A stretch of DNA of 64,000 bases, taken from NCBI GenBank assembly GCA_964270895.1, contig OZ185435.1; one strand, written 5' to 3'. Under the pieces are notes generated by a model, which saw only the letters and a program-made list of their open reading frames with translations, did not search any database and had not been told where the DNA came from. The position numbers were made by a program, and so were the translations under genes. Source of the DNA: Podarcis filfolensis (Eukaryota). Below, piece after piece: positions 22,335-35,691 of this stretch; positions within the stretch are counted from its first letter, which is position 1, and every line of letters starts with the position of its first letter.

Positions 22335-23961
22335 CCTCAGGCCAGTTTCCATATTGGGTAGGGTGAGCAGAATCCTTGAATGTTTCTTATGAGCCTATGC
22401 ATACACACATCAAGAACTCGATTCCACAGTTCCCATAGGAAAAAAGTCCCCACTGGCTGGAAAAAAACCCCTCATTGGTTGGTTTACTTTAAACAGGATC
22501 CCTCTGTTTTTAGCAGAGAAAAAGCAGGAGATGATGGGAACCCTTCTAGGGCATACTTTTCTTGGCACAATTAACTGTGTGGCAATGATGCTTTCAGCAA
22601 GACATTTTAATGTTGCATGCTAAAGGCATGGCAGCTGGGAATCACTCATGCTACACAGTTCCATGCAGATCTTGCCATACAGGTACAATGCCTGACTCCA
22701 ACCTGCACTATATCATCACTTGGGGTGGACTTCAACACTGTGCTAACTGGGGTACACACACAGCAACCAAGGTCTGCTTGCACAATGAGTTTGCTTCTTC
22801 TCTCCCCTGTACCCCCCAAACCTGTTCTATGGTCTCCCTCACCCTCCATAACAGATTTATGGGATGCAGAGGGAAGAAGGTCCCACTGCATGAGCAGACC
22901 TCATTCATTGTACACAGCAACTTAGGTGAATCTTCCCCTAGTTTGTAAATCCCGGACTTGGGGGAAAGCCTCACATATACAACAAAATATATTGCCCGTA
23001 TGACGTGCACCTCCTTCTAGGCAAGCTCTGGGTTCCACGTAGGGTGTGTGGTTGCTACTGAATCATGCAAGTCAGGGTATGAATTTAGGAACTCTGCAAG
23101 ACTCCAGATGTATGGGTTTCCAACTACAACATCCATGGGGTGCGAAACAGAAACTGCTTAAAAACATGCAATGTAGAAACCAATCTCCAATGGGACATAG
23201 ATGGGTCTTTCCCAATGCAAGTGGTCTTCCTCTAAACTTCTTTTTCCTTCAAAATTATTTCAACGGAGAACAACACATATTCCTATGAAGGAAAGTGCTA
23301 TGCTGAAAGAAGTCCAGACTGTGTTCAATTTTGGGTATGATGAATCTATTCAAACATTTATAAAAGGCATGCAGTACAAATTTCCTGGGACTATACCATT
23401 CAAAATGTACATGGATCTCCTATTTTAATGCTGGTTCTTGGTTTGTTTGTTTTTTTAAAAAACCCTGCAAGTGTAAAGATAGCACTTCAGGGAGAAGGCA
23501 AAGAAAGAATCATTTTCTAGGATGATGATTTCCATATGAAGGGAATTTTTGACCTGGGAGAACCTTTCAAATCTGTCCCGCAAGAGGTCCTAAGAAGCAG
23601 GGAGCTAAAAAACTAGCTCTCTCCAGCATGTTAGACGGATCTGCTTAGGGCTGTGGATCACTGTGGCCCATTTTCAGCAACCAGGTGAGAATTATGAAGG
23701 TTAGCTAAGTACCCTCCTTCTATCTTGTTATGATGAAACACTCAAGCAATTCTGGTTCAACAGTTCAACAAGCCATTAGTTCTAGAAAAACATAATGGGA
23801 GCAAGTTCACAAAAAACTCCAAAACACAGCAGATTAAATTCACACGTCACCAAAAGCAGAAAGTTATGAGGTATAATAAAAAACCCTTACTCTTTCATGA
23901 GACATGGTAGCATAACCATAGTCCTCTTCAGGCATTACAAAGTTAGAATCACAGGTGATAA

Positions 23962-24036
23962 TTAGAATCATAGAATTGTAGAGATGGAAGGGACTCTGAA
24001 TGTCATCTAGTCTGACCCTCTTCACTGCAGGAATCA
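23962..24036 (-). mobile_element. CR1 LINE 3' terminal fragment in the probable NAV2 3'UTR
   Basis: Reverse complement of ...CCTGCAGTG..GGGTCAGACTAGATG...CCCTTCCA...ATTCTATGATTCTA, the CR1 3' hairpin and octamer tail. Confidence 0.75.
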
Positions 24037-24951
24037 CAATACGTGGTCTCCCATCCAATTTGAAATCATAGCAGATCCTGCTTAGCTTTGCAAATGTGAC
24101 AGCAGTTTCATTGCTGCACCACCAGGTTCTGGATGTCTTGGAGGCAGGGAACACTGTGTAGCGGTCCTGCTCCCCTCCACCCGACTTTGCTGTGTTGAAT
24201 GGTAAGGATTGAAGTAGGATTGTAAGTTTGCTCACCTGAACATGCTGACAAACCTCTGCACAACTGGGGTTCCTGATTGCAGAGAGGCCTGTAAATATGC
24301 TCAGGGGTACCCATTTACAAGCCCCCTATATACCTTGCTGCTCAACACAACAAGGTTGGAAGTGGGGCAAGAGCTCTTACGTTGCCCTTTGCCAGCCTGG
24401 TACCCTCTAAAACTTCTGGAGGGCACCAGGTTGCTGAAGGCTGTCCTATACGCTTTGACATTTATAATGTCTGAAGAGGGCTCTTGTGTCTGTTGCATCA
24501 TATTAACCCTACAAAGATTTAACACTTTCTTTTCAAAATGGTGACAAACATCTAACCTGCATGTTCTAAAACAAAAGATTCTAGCAGTGATGCTGTACAG
24601 CATCCTAGAATATTTGTTTCTGCCTCCATTAGATAAACATTTGTCCAATAAACTGTTAGCTGTAAGTTGATATGGACATTCTGAAAAGCCCTCTCCCTCT
24701 TATTTTTTCCACTCTTTTAGTTATTGTCACATTTTTTTAAAAAAACAGAAGAAATCTCAATTATCTTATTACAAACAGTATTCACAGCAACTCACATAAT
24801 TGTACTCCAAGAGATGACTCCTATAGCCCTGTTTTGTTTAAATAAAAAAACCCCATCATATGCAGCACTAATGGAATTCAAACACAATTAGTAGAAAGTA
24901 GGTAAGGCATCACTTTAAAAAAAATCAGCACCCAAAGATAGCTGAAAAGGC

Positions 24952-24979
<28 letters not shown>
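24952..24979. repeat. (TG)n/(CA)n microsatellite
   Basis: Perfect run. Confidence 0.95.
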
Positions 24980-24982
<3 letters not shown>

Positions 24983-25953
24983 GACTGTGGCTCTAGCTGT
25001 GGTACAGCCTGAGACAGCTGACTAGTTGTATATTTCAAACAGAAAAACACAAACCAGAGTGCAATTCTTTGTGAGGTGTTCTTGTTCCCCAGCAGAAGCA
25101 CCAAGATTATTTTTTAAAAAAAAAAAATTAAAAACACAAATCTTTACTCTGTGCGTTTGGGCAAGGAGGAAAAGGAGAATCTAAGAACCAGATAGGTTCA
25201 AAAACACGACCCTTCAAAGAAACAAATAAAATATTTAAAGACACAGTTCTCCTTTAAGCAAGACCTGGCTTAATAAAAATGATTTAACAAGTTCCAGGAG
25301 TCCAAATAGGCTTTAGTGTTTTTGTACTGAAAAACAGTGAATTCTCATTCCTCATGACAAGTGGCTTTTGTAAATGAGGGCATTTCAAAAATAGTTTATT
25401 TTGAGGATGAAGTGTTAAAAAATTGTACTTGGGCAGTGTGAAGGCTAAACAATTGCTGCCTCAAACTTTTGGTAAATGTTTGGGTTAATTAACAGTGTAA
25501 CTAAAACCGGAAGTGTTCATTAAGCGTGTTTTCACCCTTCCGGTATGGGCAGCTATGCAAAGAACGGATGTGCATCCATGGGTGATGAAATCCACACTGG
25601 AGTTTTGCTTCAGTCTTCCCTGATGCAGATCCTATTCCTGAAGAGACAAGCTGCAATCTAGTTTTAAAAGCCACTTGCCTTTTCAGCGGTGACAACTGCT
25701 AAAGCAAAAAGTGGAAGTAAAACACAGGCTGTGGGTATGTTTGTTTTCCTACGCATTACTTTGAATCCTGGCAAAAATGGTCATAGTCCACAAACATGCT
25801 GCTGTGGCTCAAAGGTTCGTGGCTCCATTGAAAAGTAGCAAATGATGTGCAACATCTGTGTTTGGGGTGGATTAAGCCTTACAACTGCACCTATATAAAG
25901 AAAACTAAATACATAAACATAAAAAGCCAGATCTCTAACTAGAGAACACCCAT

Positions 25954-25955
<2 letters not shown>

Positions 25956-25995
<40 letters not shown>

Positions 25996-26007
25996 ATGTG
26001 TGTGTGT
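25956..26007. repeat. (TG)n/(CA)n microsatellite
   Basis: Long run with an imperfect 3' part. Confidence 0.95.
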
Positions 26008-26643
26008 ACGTGTTTTCCCTGTTTCTCAGCTCTTTGCCTTTTGTGGAACATTATCAAGGCAAGCAAATATTTTATAGCACCAGAACTATCTGTAGATGAG
26101 GTTAGACTGAAAGATGATGTTTAAGTTCAGCAAATACTGAATGAGTTTGGTCAGAAGCAGCATAGGCAAGATCCACTCCCTTTTCTCCCTTTCTGGACAG
26201 TACATGGCACAAAGCTCTTTTGCTTCATAGCTTTGTAGGTGAGCATTTTTTGTTCCTTCTTCCCCCACGCCCACCACAAATTACTATGACTAATGTAATT
26301 GTTGGTATGGAAAAAAAACATGTATTCAGTGTCTTAGGCATGTGAGCTCACAGCAATGTCGAAAAGAACAAAAACATAGTAGTGCAGTTCTAATTATCAA
26401 GGAAAATAAAAACACAATTCAAAAACATCAACTGGGTTGCCTGCACCCATATTTGAGACTGAAAAGGGGGTGGTTGGGGGAGAAACAGAAGGGGCGGAAT
26501 AGTGTCTCTATTGTTCTTGCAGCTCTAATACTGAGATGTCCAGCTGGACTAAAGACCAGTGATCTTCATGGTTTGGTGATTATGTCTTCTAAGCAAGGCA
26601 GGAGATGGACCATGGGAAATAACCCACTTCTGCTATTTTCGCA

Positions 26644-26769
26644 TCATAATGTTGATTCCAGAGATGAATCGAGGATGTCGTCGTGATGGCTATTGCTGTT
26701 GGAGTCACTGTCGTAACTCTGCGGGCTTGAATAGTTAGCTGCCTCCTGCAATCTCATCAGCATGTTCAT
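26644..26769 (-). CDS. NAV2: NAV2 terminal coding exon
   Basis: cctcag|ATG; MNMLMRLQEAANYSSPQSYDSDSNSNSHHDDILDSSLESTL* matches the NAV2 C-terminus; not in the ORF track (<60 aa). Confidence 0.96.
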   Translation of the reverse strand: MNMLMRLQEAANYSSPQSYDSDSNSNSHHDDILDSSLESTL

Positions 26770-28021
26770 CTGAGGAAATATCACAAGAGGACAAGCGGTG
26801 TTACTTGAATGTTGGCTCTATTTCCACATTTATTTATTGGCCTGTTTAAGCACTTGCTCTGCTTGCTGCGTAAGACCCACAATAAGCATTCAATGCCACA
26901 AGAAGTCCAGCACCTACACAAGCAGAGTAGATTGGCAACCAATTGTTCCTTGTTGTTTATGGACTACTGGCAGTAGCTATGTGGTGGAAACACAATTGGA
27001 GTTAGGCTGGGTGGAATGGAACTAGCTTGCTGGACAAGCTAGCAAAACCCTTCTATCCTAGTAGCAGATCATGCCAAACATTTCAACCTTACTCTGGAGG
27101 TTGTAAGTTACCCATCTCTATCGCATCATGCAATGAAGGGTCAGGGAACACTTGGATCTGTTGCGGCTCACATGCCAATGTTGGGCAGGGTTAAAAACAG
27201 TGTTTGTCAAGGGCCCACCCCTTCCTCTCCCTTCTCAGTGGGCTGCCAGGGGAGGGTATGATTGCTCTTGCTGGAAGTGTGAACCGACTGCTTGCAAACA
27301 CCCTCCTTCCATTGCTCTGTTCATTTTGATGTTCTCCTGGGTCCATCCCCCCCCATCTCCTCTGTCTTGGCTCCTCAGACTTACATCAAGTTAGGGATGC
27401 ATGCAGTCTCAGAGGATTAGATTCCCCACCCCTTATCTAAGTCCCTTTTGCAAGTCACATGCAATGTCATTGATGCTGAAGTGTGTGTTTTTTGCAGCCA
27501 GTTGATAGTATAACAGATTTTGGGACCCACATAATTGGTCCTGCCCATTTGTTTGTAATGGGCAAGACCACTCACATAACAGTGCCATCCAATGAATCCA
27601 TGGAAAAAGCAGCTTCTGTGGTGCTGTTGTAACATGAAAAGGGCACCATTACCATAATCTGCTCAGTGAAAGAATTTGCAGAAGGAATGGCCTTCTGATA
27701 AGTTTCCACGGTGGTTTGTAATCACTGTTTTATTCCCTCCAAAACTTAAGAGATGCATCTCATAGAACATGTTGTAAGGTCAGCACAGCATACACAAAGC
27801 AATCACACAGACATTGCAAGCCAAGTAGACACCATCACATCTGCAACACAATTCTAAACTTCTAGGATGAGCCACAAACCACATATGGGGCTAGACTGGG
27901 GTCATCTGTGTGTACATTATACAGACCACCTGTGCCTTCCTGGACCAATTCTCAATGCTTTCAAATAATACAACATTCAACACAATAAAATTTGTGCTGC
28001 TGACTAGCTGAGAAATCTCAC

Positions 28022-28225
28022 CAGAGGATCTCCTTCGGCATCACTAGGTGGAACTTGCTTGCTGGTTGAACCTTCCCGAGGCATGGAGTACCCATCAAAT
28101 CCAACATCTTCTGGCCGCAGTTGCAGCAAAGGAGGCCATTCGTGGTGTTGTGGGGTGGCTGCCCACGGGTAAGTGTCCATTACCCATTTGGCAGGGTCTT
28201 CCCATGGTGCTCTTCTTCCATACAA
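28022..28225 (-). CDS. NAV2: NAV2 exon (204 nt)
   Basis: ttgcag|; LYGRRAPWEDPAKWVMDTYPW...QVPPSDAEGDPL; |GTGAGA. Confidence 0.96.
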
Positions 28226-31200
28226 CTGCAAGCAAGAACAAGACATCGTCCCTCATTAAAATATATTTTTTTTCAATATATAGGTCCTTTTAAAAAAACA
28301 AAAACAAATTTCTATTAAAGATTTCCTAGATTTCAAAAATATGTGCATTGTCTCTTTTTTAAGTTGTGTTTTCTACAGATCAGTTTTCTTTGTTGCGAGG
28401 AATTAGTGCTGCATACAGTATAAAGTTGGAAAGAAAAGAGGCGGAGGGGTGGAGGATGGTGAGTGGGGTGGGGATATATAGGCCTTTAAGGTATAGCCTC
28501 TTGGTTTGTCATGACATTTCACAAGAGGAATCTCCCATTGTGTAAAAAATGTCTGGGCCAAGAACAGCCAGAGCTCTGCGTGCTTCCTCCTTTAAGCACC
28601 AAGCTCTAACGGTTCCTGGGTTGCCTGTTCATTGCAAGTGATGTGGAATGGTGATTCCCAAGCATTTGGAGGTGTCTGAGCATCTGAATTTCTCATAGGT
28701 CACAACCATCACAGCAATGGTTTTCTATGTTCTGAGAAAGCCTGGGATTTCTCAGATGTTTATGAGGGTTTCCTCAAGGAGAATGGTGGGACCGAAGTGC
28801 CCCTACCACACATTGATATCATATATCACACGCAACCATGGGATCTTTATGCGTTGCAGGTACCTAGGATGAACTCTTAGTACATGTGAATTGAAAGTAA
28901 GGACTAATGGGGCTGGCCAGCTCATGAGAACTGAGCATGTGCAACGACGCAAGAAAAAGGAGAATGCACAGGAAAGTGCGGGATAACCCTTGGTTTCACA
29001 TGTCATCAGCGCCCCCCAACAACCCCTCAATTCATAATGAATGCTCTTTAAATAGCCTGTGTTGCATGATCTCCCTGCAAACAAATCAAGATGAATGCTC
29101 AATAAACAGGTTGTCTGGAAGCACTCAGGGATAGACAACCTTCTCCTCTGAGAATTTGTAAACAACAAGAGAGGTATGAAGCTTCTCTGATCTCCTGTCC
29201 TTTTAGACCAAATGTGGTTAAAGCTTCAGAAGTGCCCTTGCCAAACTGTTTGCTTGAATGTTTGGCTTCAAAGTCATCAAAGAACTACAGTTCAGTGCTT
29301 GGCAAGCTTCCCCGGCTTTGGTGCCAAAAAGCTCCCAAGGAACAAGTGATTCCACACATTTTAGTCTTTGACTTCAAACACGCATGCCCTCACCACTTTG
29401 AAGAGGCGGTTTGATTTGACTGTAGCTTGCAAAAAGACACCACAAATCCTGCTTTGTGGAGCCATGGCTTTTGGTGAACGTATTTACACGCAGCGTCTTG
29501 GGCCAGCCAAAACCATTTGAGCAAGATGAAAGCTGAAGTTACAGAAAGTGTTTCTAGAGGAAAATGAATGCTCATGTTTTCATGCTTGTAATACAGAGTT
29601 TAAGGTGGCTGCTCTTTTGGGGATTGTTTTTCACTTGCTATACTTCTCTGTTCTGACAGCTTACATGGTGGAACATTAAGCAGACCCACCCCATGGGGAG
29701 CAAAGATGCATTATGAGAACATCAGAATGTCATTAGCATTCCAGGCATAAAGATTTCAAGAGCAACCCATGACTGCAGTGGGTTACATGACAAACATAAA
29801 TGCTCCTATTCCTATTCATCTCTTTCATAACCTAAGTGTTAAATTTTAACTTAAGTTTTAAAAGAAAATACTGGGGAGCTTCCTTCGAACCAGTCAATTA
29901 GTTAAAACAAAAATCGGGTGGTACATTTATTCATTTGGCCATTACAGTCTCAGTTCCCCCGCCCTCTCTCTCTCTCTATATATATATTATGGTGAACATT
30001 CTCTTGACCAAGGCATTTAGAAACACAAGAGGGGGAAATACTGAACCATACACTTGAGGTAGACAGAATCTCTGTCTATGTATTTTGCTACCTTTGGATT
30101 CTGACAGTTTGAAGCTTCTGTAGGACATATCTGATTTGACAACATTTAGGAACCTATATAGCATAGTGTTGCTATAAAGTATATTCTTCCTCTATTCAGA
30201 ATTGTTTTACAAACATTACAATATGTATGAAATAAAACAATTTTATATAGCGAAATATGCTTTGTAGAAATTTCTCAGAAAGCAGGGTGTGTTAAGTAAA
30301 TAACTAACAGAATTCACGCTTTATTCTGAGAGCACGCCAAATGGTTACTGAGCAAATTTGTCCGCTAGGTGGTGCCATGTAATCCAAAATCAGGGACTCT
30401 CACTCAACCAAATGGTATGTCAGAAGAACCCACCATGAAGCACAGGATACCAGGTGGGACAAGGAGAGAAGAGGATTTCTACTCCAAAGACAGAGATTCA
30501 CCCTGGCAAATGGATGCTTATAAAATTCCAGTTCCACTTTCAAGTCCTTTCCCAAAAATGTGGAATAATATCTTAAATCTTAAAGTTAAGGTTATAAACT
30601 TATCACACTATTTCCCCTTTTCGTCTTCTTTATTCAAGGCCATCTAAGTGTCTGAAATATGCTTTCAGATCACCATGCATCTGGCAAGTTATGACACTGA
30701 AAAACCACAGGCATCCCCATACATTCTTATGGGAAACAATCAGCAGCAAATGGTGTCCTTTCTTACAAGACTGAGATGGTTACCGACTTGTTGAGGATGG
30801 GAACATGAAACACAAAATAGATTAAGATGCAGAGTCACCAGCAGTTATCATGTTTGCTTCACAGATATGCTGGCTGAGATAACAATAGCAGTGTTGTCTG
30901 AGCTGCTTGAAACTGCTGAACAATTAGAACTTGTAATAAGATACTAAGCACTATCAGTTCAATCAGTACTAAAAGACTCCTAAATCACTTTAATGACTCC
31001 TAAAGCACCATAAAGGAATTTAATATATATTTCTTTTAAAAAAAAAACCTCTATAAAAATGTTACAACTAGTTTAATTACATTGCTTTTGCTTTGTTCTT
31101 CTGAATGATAAGAAGACAAACAAAACTACTTGAATTATGTAGAGAAGTGCCCTTTCCCCACATCTTACTCCAATGAGTGAGATAGCTCCAGACATGTGCT

Positions 31201-31652
31201 TGCATGAAAAGAAAAGCTAATTTAGTTAGCAGAATCTGATCCAATGGAGGCTCCAACACTGTCCCCGAGTGTCACCCAACAGAGCATAGAGTGTGCTGCG
31301 GGAGGAATTGGTGAAAATCACTTTCCTCCAGTAGTTGAGTCCTGTTAACAGAGTTGTGTTCCCAGCAAGTCTAGGTCTAACCCACCGCGTATTGGTGCAA
31401 TTCCTTTCCAAGTTAAAGAAAGCATTAATGTAAGTCTGCATAACTCGTGACTCCAAAAGGCAAACAATGTCAAAAGTGGGGGAAGGAAATACTCTTGCTT
31501 TCCATGCCTGTCGGGGACTTGTTGCTGAGTAAGTTTGCCCAATATTAATGCTCTCAATAGTGAGAGTTCCCTCACAAGCTTCTGAGGCATACTTGGGTTT
31601 GCCAAGCTCCTGTCAGGCTATTAAATGGTTGGTGGGCTGTGATCGGCTTGAA

Positions 31653-31893
31653 GGAGAGACAGTGTGGTGTATTGGTTAGAGGATTGGGCTGGTACCTGGG
31701 AGACCAGGGTTCAAATCCCGGCAAATAAAACACACTGGGGGGGGGGGATCTTGGGCCGGTCATGGCCACTCAGCCTAAGCTACCTCCCAGGGTTGTTGTG
31801 AGGATAAAATAGGGAGGAAGAGAACCATCTACACCACCTTGAGCTCCTTGAAGGAAAGGTGGGGTATAAACAGAGTAAAACAAAACAAATAAA
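31653..31893 (+). mobile_element. tRNA-derived SINE with L2-like tail (Squam3-like)
   Basis: Pol III A box TGGTGTATTGG (31665-31675), B box GGTTCAAATCC (31708-31718), body CCTACCTC..AGGGTTGTTGTGAGGATAAAAT, AT-rich tail. Confidence 0.8.
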
Positions 31894-31983
31894 TGAGACG
31901 TGAAGACCTGGGTTGTGCTGTATCTGTTATTCCCCCCTGCCCACACTCTTTGAGTAGGTGTAGCTCATATGCAAGCTCCTTAC

Positions 31984-32102
31984 CTGTAGCCCTTCTCTGA
32001 CAGCCTCAAGAAGATAGGGAACAATAGAGTAGTTCCACAGGTCAGTAAACCAAACCCTAGAACCGTCGACATCTATAGGGCAGGAGAGGAAGAGTCTTGG
32101 AC
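31984..32102 (-). CDS. NAV2: NAV2 exon (119 nt)
   Basis: tctcacag|; (G)PRLFLSCPIDVDGSRVWFTDLWNYSIVPYLLEAVREGLQ; |GTA. Confidence 0.96.
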
Positions 32103-32552
32103 CTGTGAGAAAAAAGGAGAAGGTTACCTATGTCAAGCATCTTTGGTGAATATGGATTGAATTACAGCCATAACATCAAGTAAAAAATGACAAGAGAGGA
32201 GAAAGAAATGTACACTTAGGATAAAGCACTGCACCAACAAAGGAGCCAATTAACCCATAATAATAGACTAGGATTTATCTACAAGTTGAACATTTGCTAT
32301 GGCATCTTTAGTGAGCAGGCATTTAAAATCAAGCTCCCTCAATAGTTTGGACACAGCCTATTTTTATAGGGTTCACATTATAACAAAAAGTGTAATGTAT
32401 CTGATTCCATGCCTCATAAAGCTCTCATTTTTAATGTAATTAGGACACTAAGGAAAAAGTAATTATCTTATGTAGAGTAGATGAAATCTATGTTCTCGAC
32501 CAAGTGTTTAGAAATGCGTCAAGAGCTCTAACAGATAATTCTGAGTTCTCAC

Positions 32553-32821
32553 CAATAGTAACATCTGAAGAGCTGTGGGCCTCTAAGAACTTGTTGAGAT
32601 GCTGCCAGACTTTGGGAATCCAGTCTATAATTTTAATTAGTTCCGCATTTCTCATACGACCACCAATCTCCGTTTCAATGAGCTTTCTTCTCAAGAAACG
32701 ACCAAGAAAGCCCTTGACTGGCTCAGTGTGGTTGGCACACAGCACCCATCTGAAGTTGTGGTGGAGCTGAAGGTTCGGTGTAGAGGAAGTTGCCTGGTTC
32801 ATAGTTCCAATAATGTAGGGA
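32553..32821 (-). CDS. NAV2: NAV2 exon (269 nt; AAA+ domain)
   Basis: cccacag|; (C)PYIIGTMNQATSSTPNLQLHHNFRWVLCANHTEPVKGFLGRFLRRKL...SSSDVTI; G|GTGAG. Confidence 0.97.
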
Positions 32822-33747
32822 CTGTGGGAAACAGATCAGTCAGTATTAACGTCTAGAAAACACAGTATGTAAAAAAAGAACAGAAAACCTTTAAGTAATC
32901 ACATTATCTACTTTTTTGCTACTACCACTGGCATGTGAAGAAAAACTATCTGAGCCTAAACAACATTGATCAGACCTCTCCATCCCTCCCACAGTATTGG
33001 CTGAGAGTATCTGTGATTTTACAGAACATTTCAGAATATTTCATCTGCTTAAGAAACAGAAAGTACAGAATCCGTGAAAGAATAATGGGGGGGGGGAATA
33101 CTGCACAGGGTGGCTAAATTCCACATTTTAATATCAACTAACCCATCAGCCTACTAAATCTTTGGTTGCAGGTCCTATACATGTTATTTATTCTGGGCTG
33201 GACCAATATGGGCAGAAAAATTCACCCCCCATGTCAGGGTGGTGGTTTGGATTAGGCAGAGATGTCTCTCCACCAAGCTTTCCTGCTCAACCAGGCTCCT
33301 GCTGAACATGCAGGTGGCCCCATTGCTGCGGTCTTTGCAGGCAGAAAGCCTCAGAACTGGGTGTTCCAAGGGTGAGGTTGAGCAAGCGCAGGAACCACTG
33401 GATCTTGAGCAAATCTTAATGTCATTGAAAACAGCATGGCCTTGAATTATCCTGGCCCCTTCACCTTCTGCTGCCATGACTGACAGGGCTGAGGATGATA
33501 CAGTGGCCTTGCTGCTCTGCAAAGCCACACTGCTGGTCATATTGGGGAGTTTGGAGTACGCCCTAAAATAGGTCACTTCAGTTAAATCCCACTGATTTCA
33601 ATGGGAACTAACCCATGGCTAATTTTTGATTTCAATAGTATCATGAGCAACTAATGAGTTGGATCCAGCCAGCTCAAGTCTCAAGGAATGCTCCTGGAGC
33701 AAACACACTTTCCTTTCATGAAAGTTTGAGGCAGAACATGCGGTTAC

Positions 33748-33902
33748 CATTTGTGGTACTTGCAGTTCAAGAGCCCATTGAAGATCTCTCCCAGGGAGCT
33801 GACATGGTGCAAGTTGTCCAGGATGATCACAAGAGGCATCTCCACAGCATTGTTTTCACTATTGCATTGGTCAGCAAGGTTGGAGAGGTATTGGCGGAGT
33901 TC
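33748..33902 (-). CDS. NAV2: NAV2 exon (155 nt; Walker B region)
   Basis: catcacag|; ELRQYLSNLADQCNSENNAVEMPLVIILDNLHHVSSLGEIFNGLLNCKYHK; TG|GTAAC. Confidence 0.96.
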
Positions 33903-35076
33903 CTGTGATGCAGATGCAAAAGAGAAAATTGGCTTTCAGACATTTCTTTTGAAGATCTTGAAAGAAATGAAAGTGGCTGGATTCAGTGGTAGAACAGTCT
34001 TCTGTTAAGGGTGTGATAGCAAACTACACAGCGCCAACATTCTCCCAAGAGAAATAAGCTTTTGAATAGAGTGTATAATAGCTCAGATAAATTTGACATC
34101 TTGCTTAGAATCTTAATTGAAAAGCTGACTATGATCCCACTAAATGCTATTTCACACGAGACAGGAAAAGGTGGTCCTCTTTCATTCTGGGGCAGTTCAC
34201 CGATGTCCCCTGATACCCCCAAAGAATTGAGATTGCCTCTGTAGGCATTAACAGATCTCTCTTGAAGTGATCATGTAACGAGAGGTGGTGTCTGGGGACA
34301 GGGTGGAGCCAGGACCATGAAAAGCACGCATTGCATGACAGGATGAGGGTAACAAAATTGGGGCTGCCAGGTTTGGCCAGGTAAAGTCACCAAGGTATCA
34401 ACTAGTTTTCTGCACAAAGCCTTCTACAGAAAGCTACCAGGTCCAAGAATGTCATTGCACAGGACACAGGCTCAGAATTACAAAATGGAGGACTCCTAGG
34501 AGGACATTAATTAGTAACTGAATACTATTCTTCACTAGACAGAAAAAGTGGTCCTCTTGCAGGCCTTTTTCCACATGGCCTGGGAGGGCAGGGCCCTGAC
34601 TGACTCCAGCTACAAAAGCTAAGGCTGCTGAACAGAATCTTAGGCTGAGGTATTGTTGAGGGCTTTTTGTTGGGGTGTGGTTGTTGCTGCTGTTATTTTT
34701 TTGTATCTTTATTTCGGATCTTGTGATTTAGGTGGAAATCTGGCTCCATTTGTTATGTTTGTAGTTATGTAACTTTTTATACGTTGTAAACTGCCTTGAA
34801 CATGGTCTTAAAGTTGGAAAGGCAGCATACAAACAAAATGACTGACTGGTTGACTTCATGCTGGGGAGTTCACGGGTGTCTCCTGAGATTACAGTCCTTC
34901 AGATCCCACCTAGAACAAACATCAGCTCACCCTACAAGAAGAGTGTCACCTGCATGCCTGCAAGGCAGGCAAATGCATCAGAGCCTTTATTGCACCAATC
35001 AGCTGCTCAGGAACAAATTATTTTGATTTGTAAATAGTAAACTTGGGGGGGGGGAGTCAATTATATGAATACTCAC

Positions 35077-35312
35077 CTTACTGGACTTGTGATCCACATT
35101 AAATGTTGCAATAGCACCATCAGCCAGCTCCCTGCCCTCTCTAAGGACCATGTACTCTGACAGACGATTGGCTAGGTAGGTCTTTCCTGTGCCGCTTGGG
35201 CCAGATAAGATGATTCTCCTGTGCTCCATCAGGAGTGACACATAGCGCTGCAGAATAGGCTTGGGGATCAGGGACTCAAACACCAGGCAGTCCAAACTAT
35301 TCTCTGCAATCC
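35077..35312 (-). CDS. NAV2: NAV2 exon (236 nt; Walker A GPSGTGKT at 35202-35179)
   Basis: tgttacag|; (G)IAENSLDCLVFESLIPKPILQRYVSLLMEHRRIILSGPSGTGKTYLANRL...DHKSSK; |GTGAGT. Confidence 0.97.
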
Positions 35313-35691
35313 CTGTAACAACAGAAGACATGGCATTCAAAACTTAAGAACTAAAAGTTATCTCCAGAAGATTTTATTTAACAAAATTTATAGACCACTT
35401 TATCGTAGCAAAATCTCTAAGTGGTTTACAACAACTATTTAAATTCTAAGAAAAACCATTTAAATATAATTAAAACCAACCATAAAATAGATTAAAACAC
35501 TTCAGCATCTACATGTCTGGATAGGCTTTCCTAAACTTGCTCACTTCAGGGGAGTGCAACTCTGTCCAGAACAAGCTGTCTTCCCACCTCTCAGAACTGA
35601 GGATACTTAATACACCTGTCTGATAAGGATTCAGCTTCAATCTATTCTGCCATGGCCAGACCACACTTGAAGTCCTGTGATTATCAAGGAG

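Larger units (their letters stand above)
20690..26643 (-). other. NAV2: Probable long NAV2 3'UTR (distal end inferred)
   Basis: Continues from the stop codon through AT-rich UTR-like sequence to tandem AATAAA signals; no intervening gene seen. Confidence 0.5.

Noticed and set aside
20690-26643. miRNA seed matches in the NAV2 3'UTR (e.g. miR-29 at ~25098, miR-30 at ~20878)
   Set aside because: 7-mers are expected by chance in 6 kb; they need conservation analysis before reporting.
31653-31720. tRNA gene (A and B boxes present)
   Set aside because: No cloverleaf or terminator; it continues into a SINE body. The same applies to the heads at 19738, 42495 and 62097.
33184-33576. 130-aa intronic ORF, and similar ORFs at 44559-45190 and 56464-56949
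   Set aside because: No homology or splice logic; the last merely overlaps the 24-nt exon.
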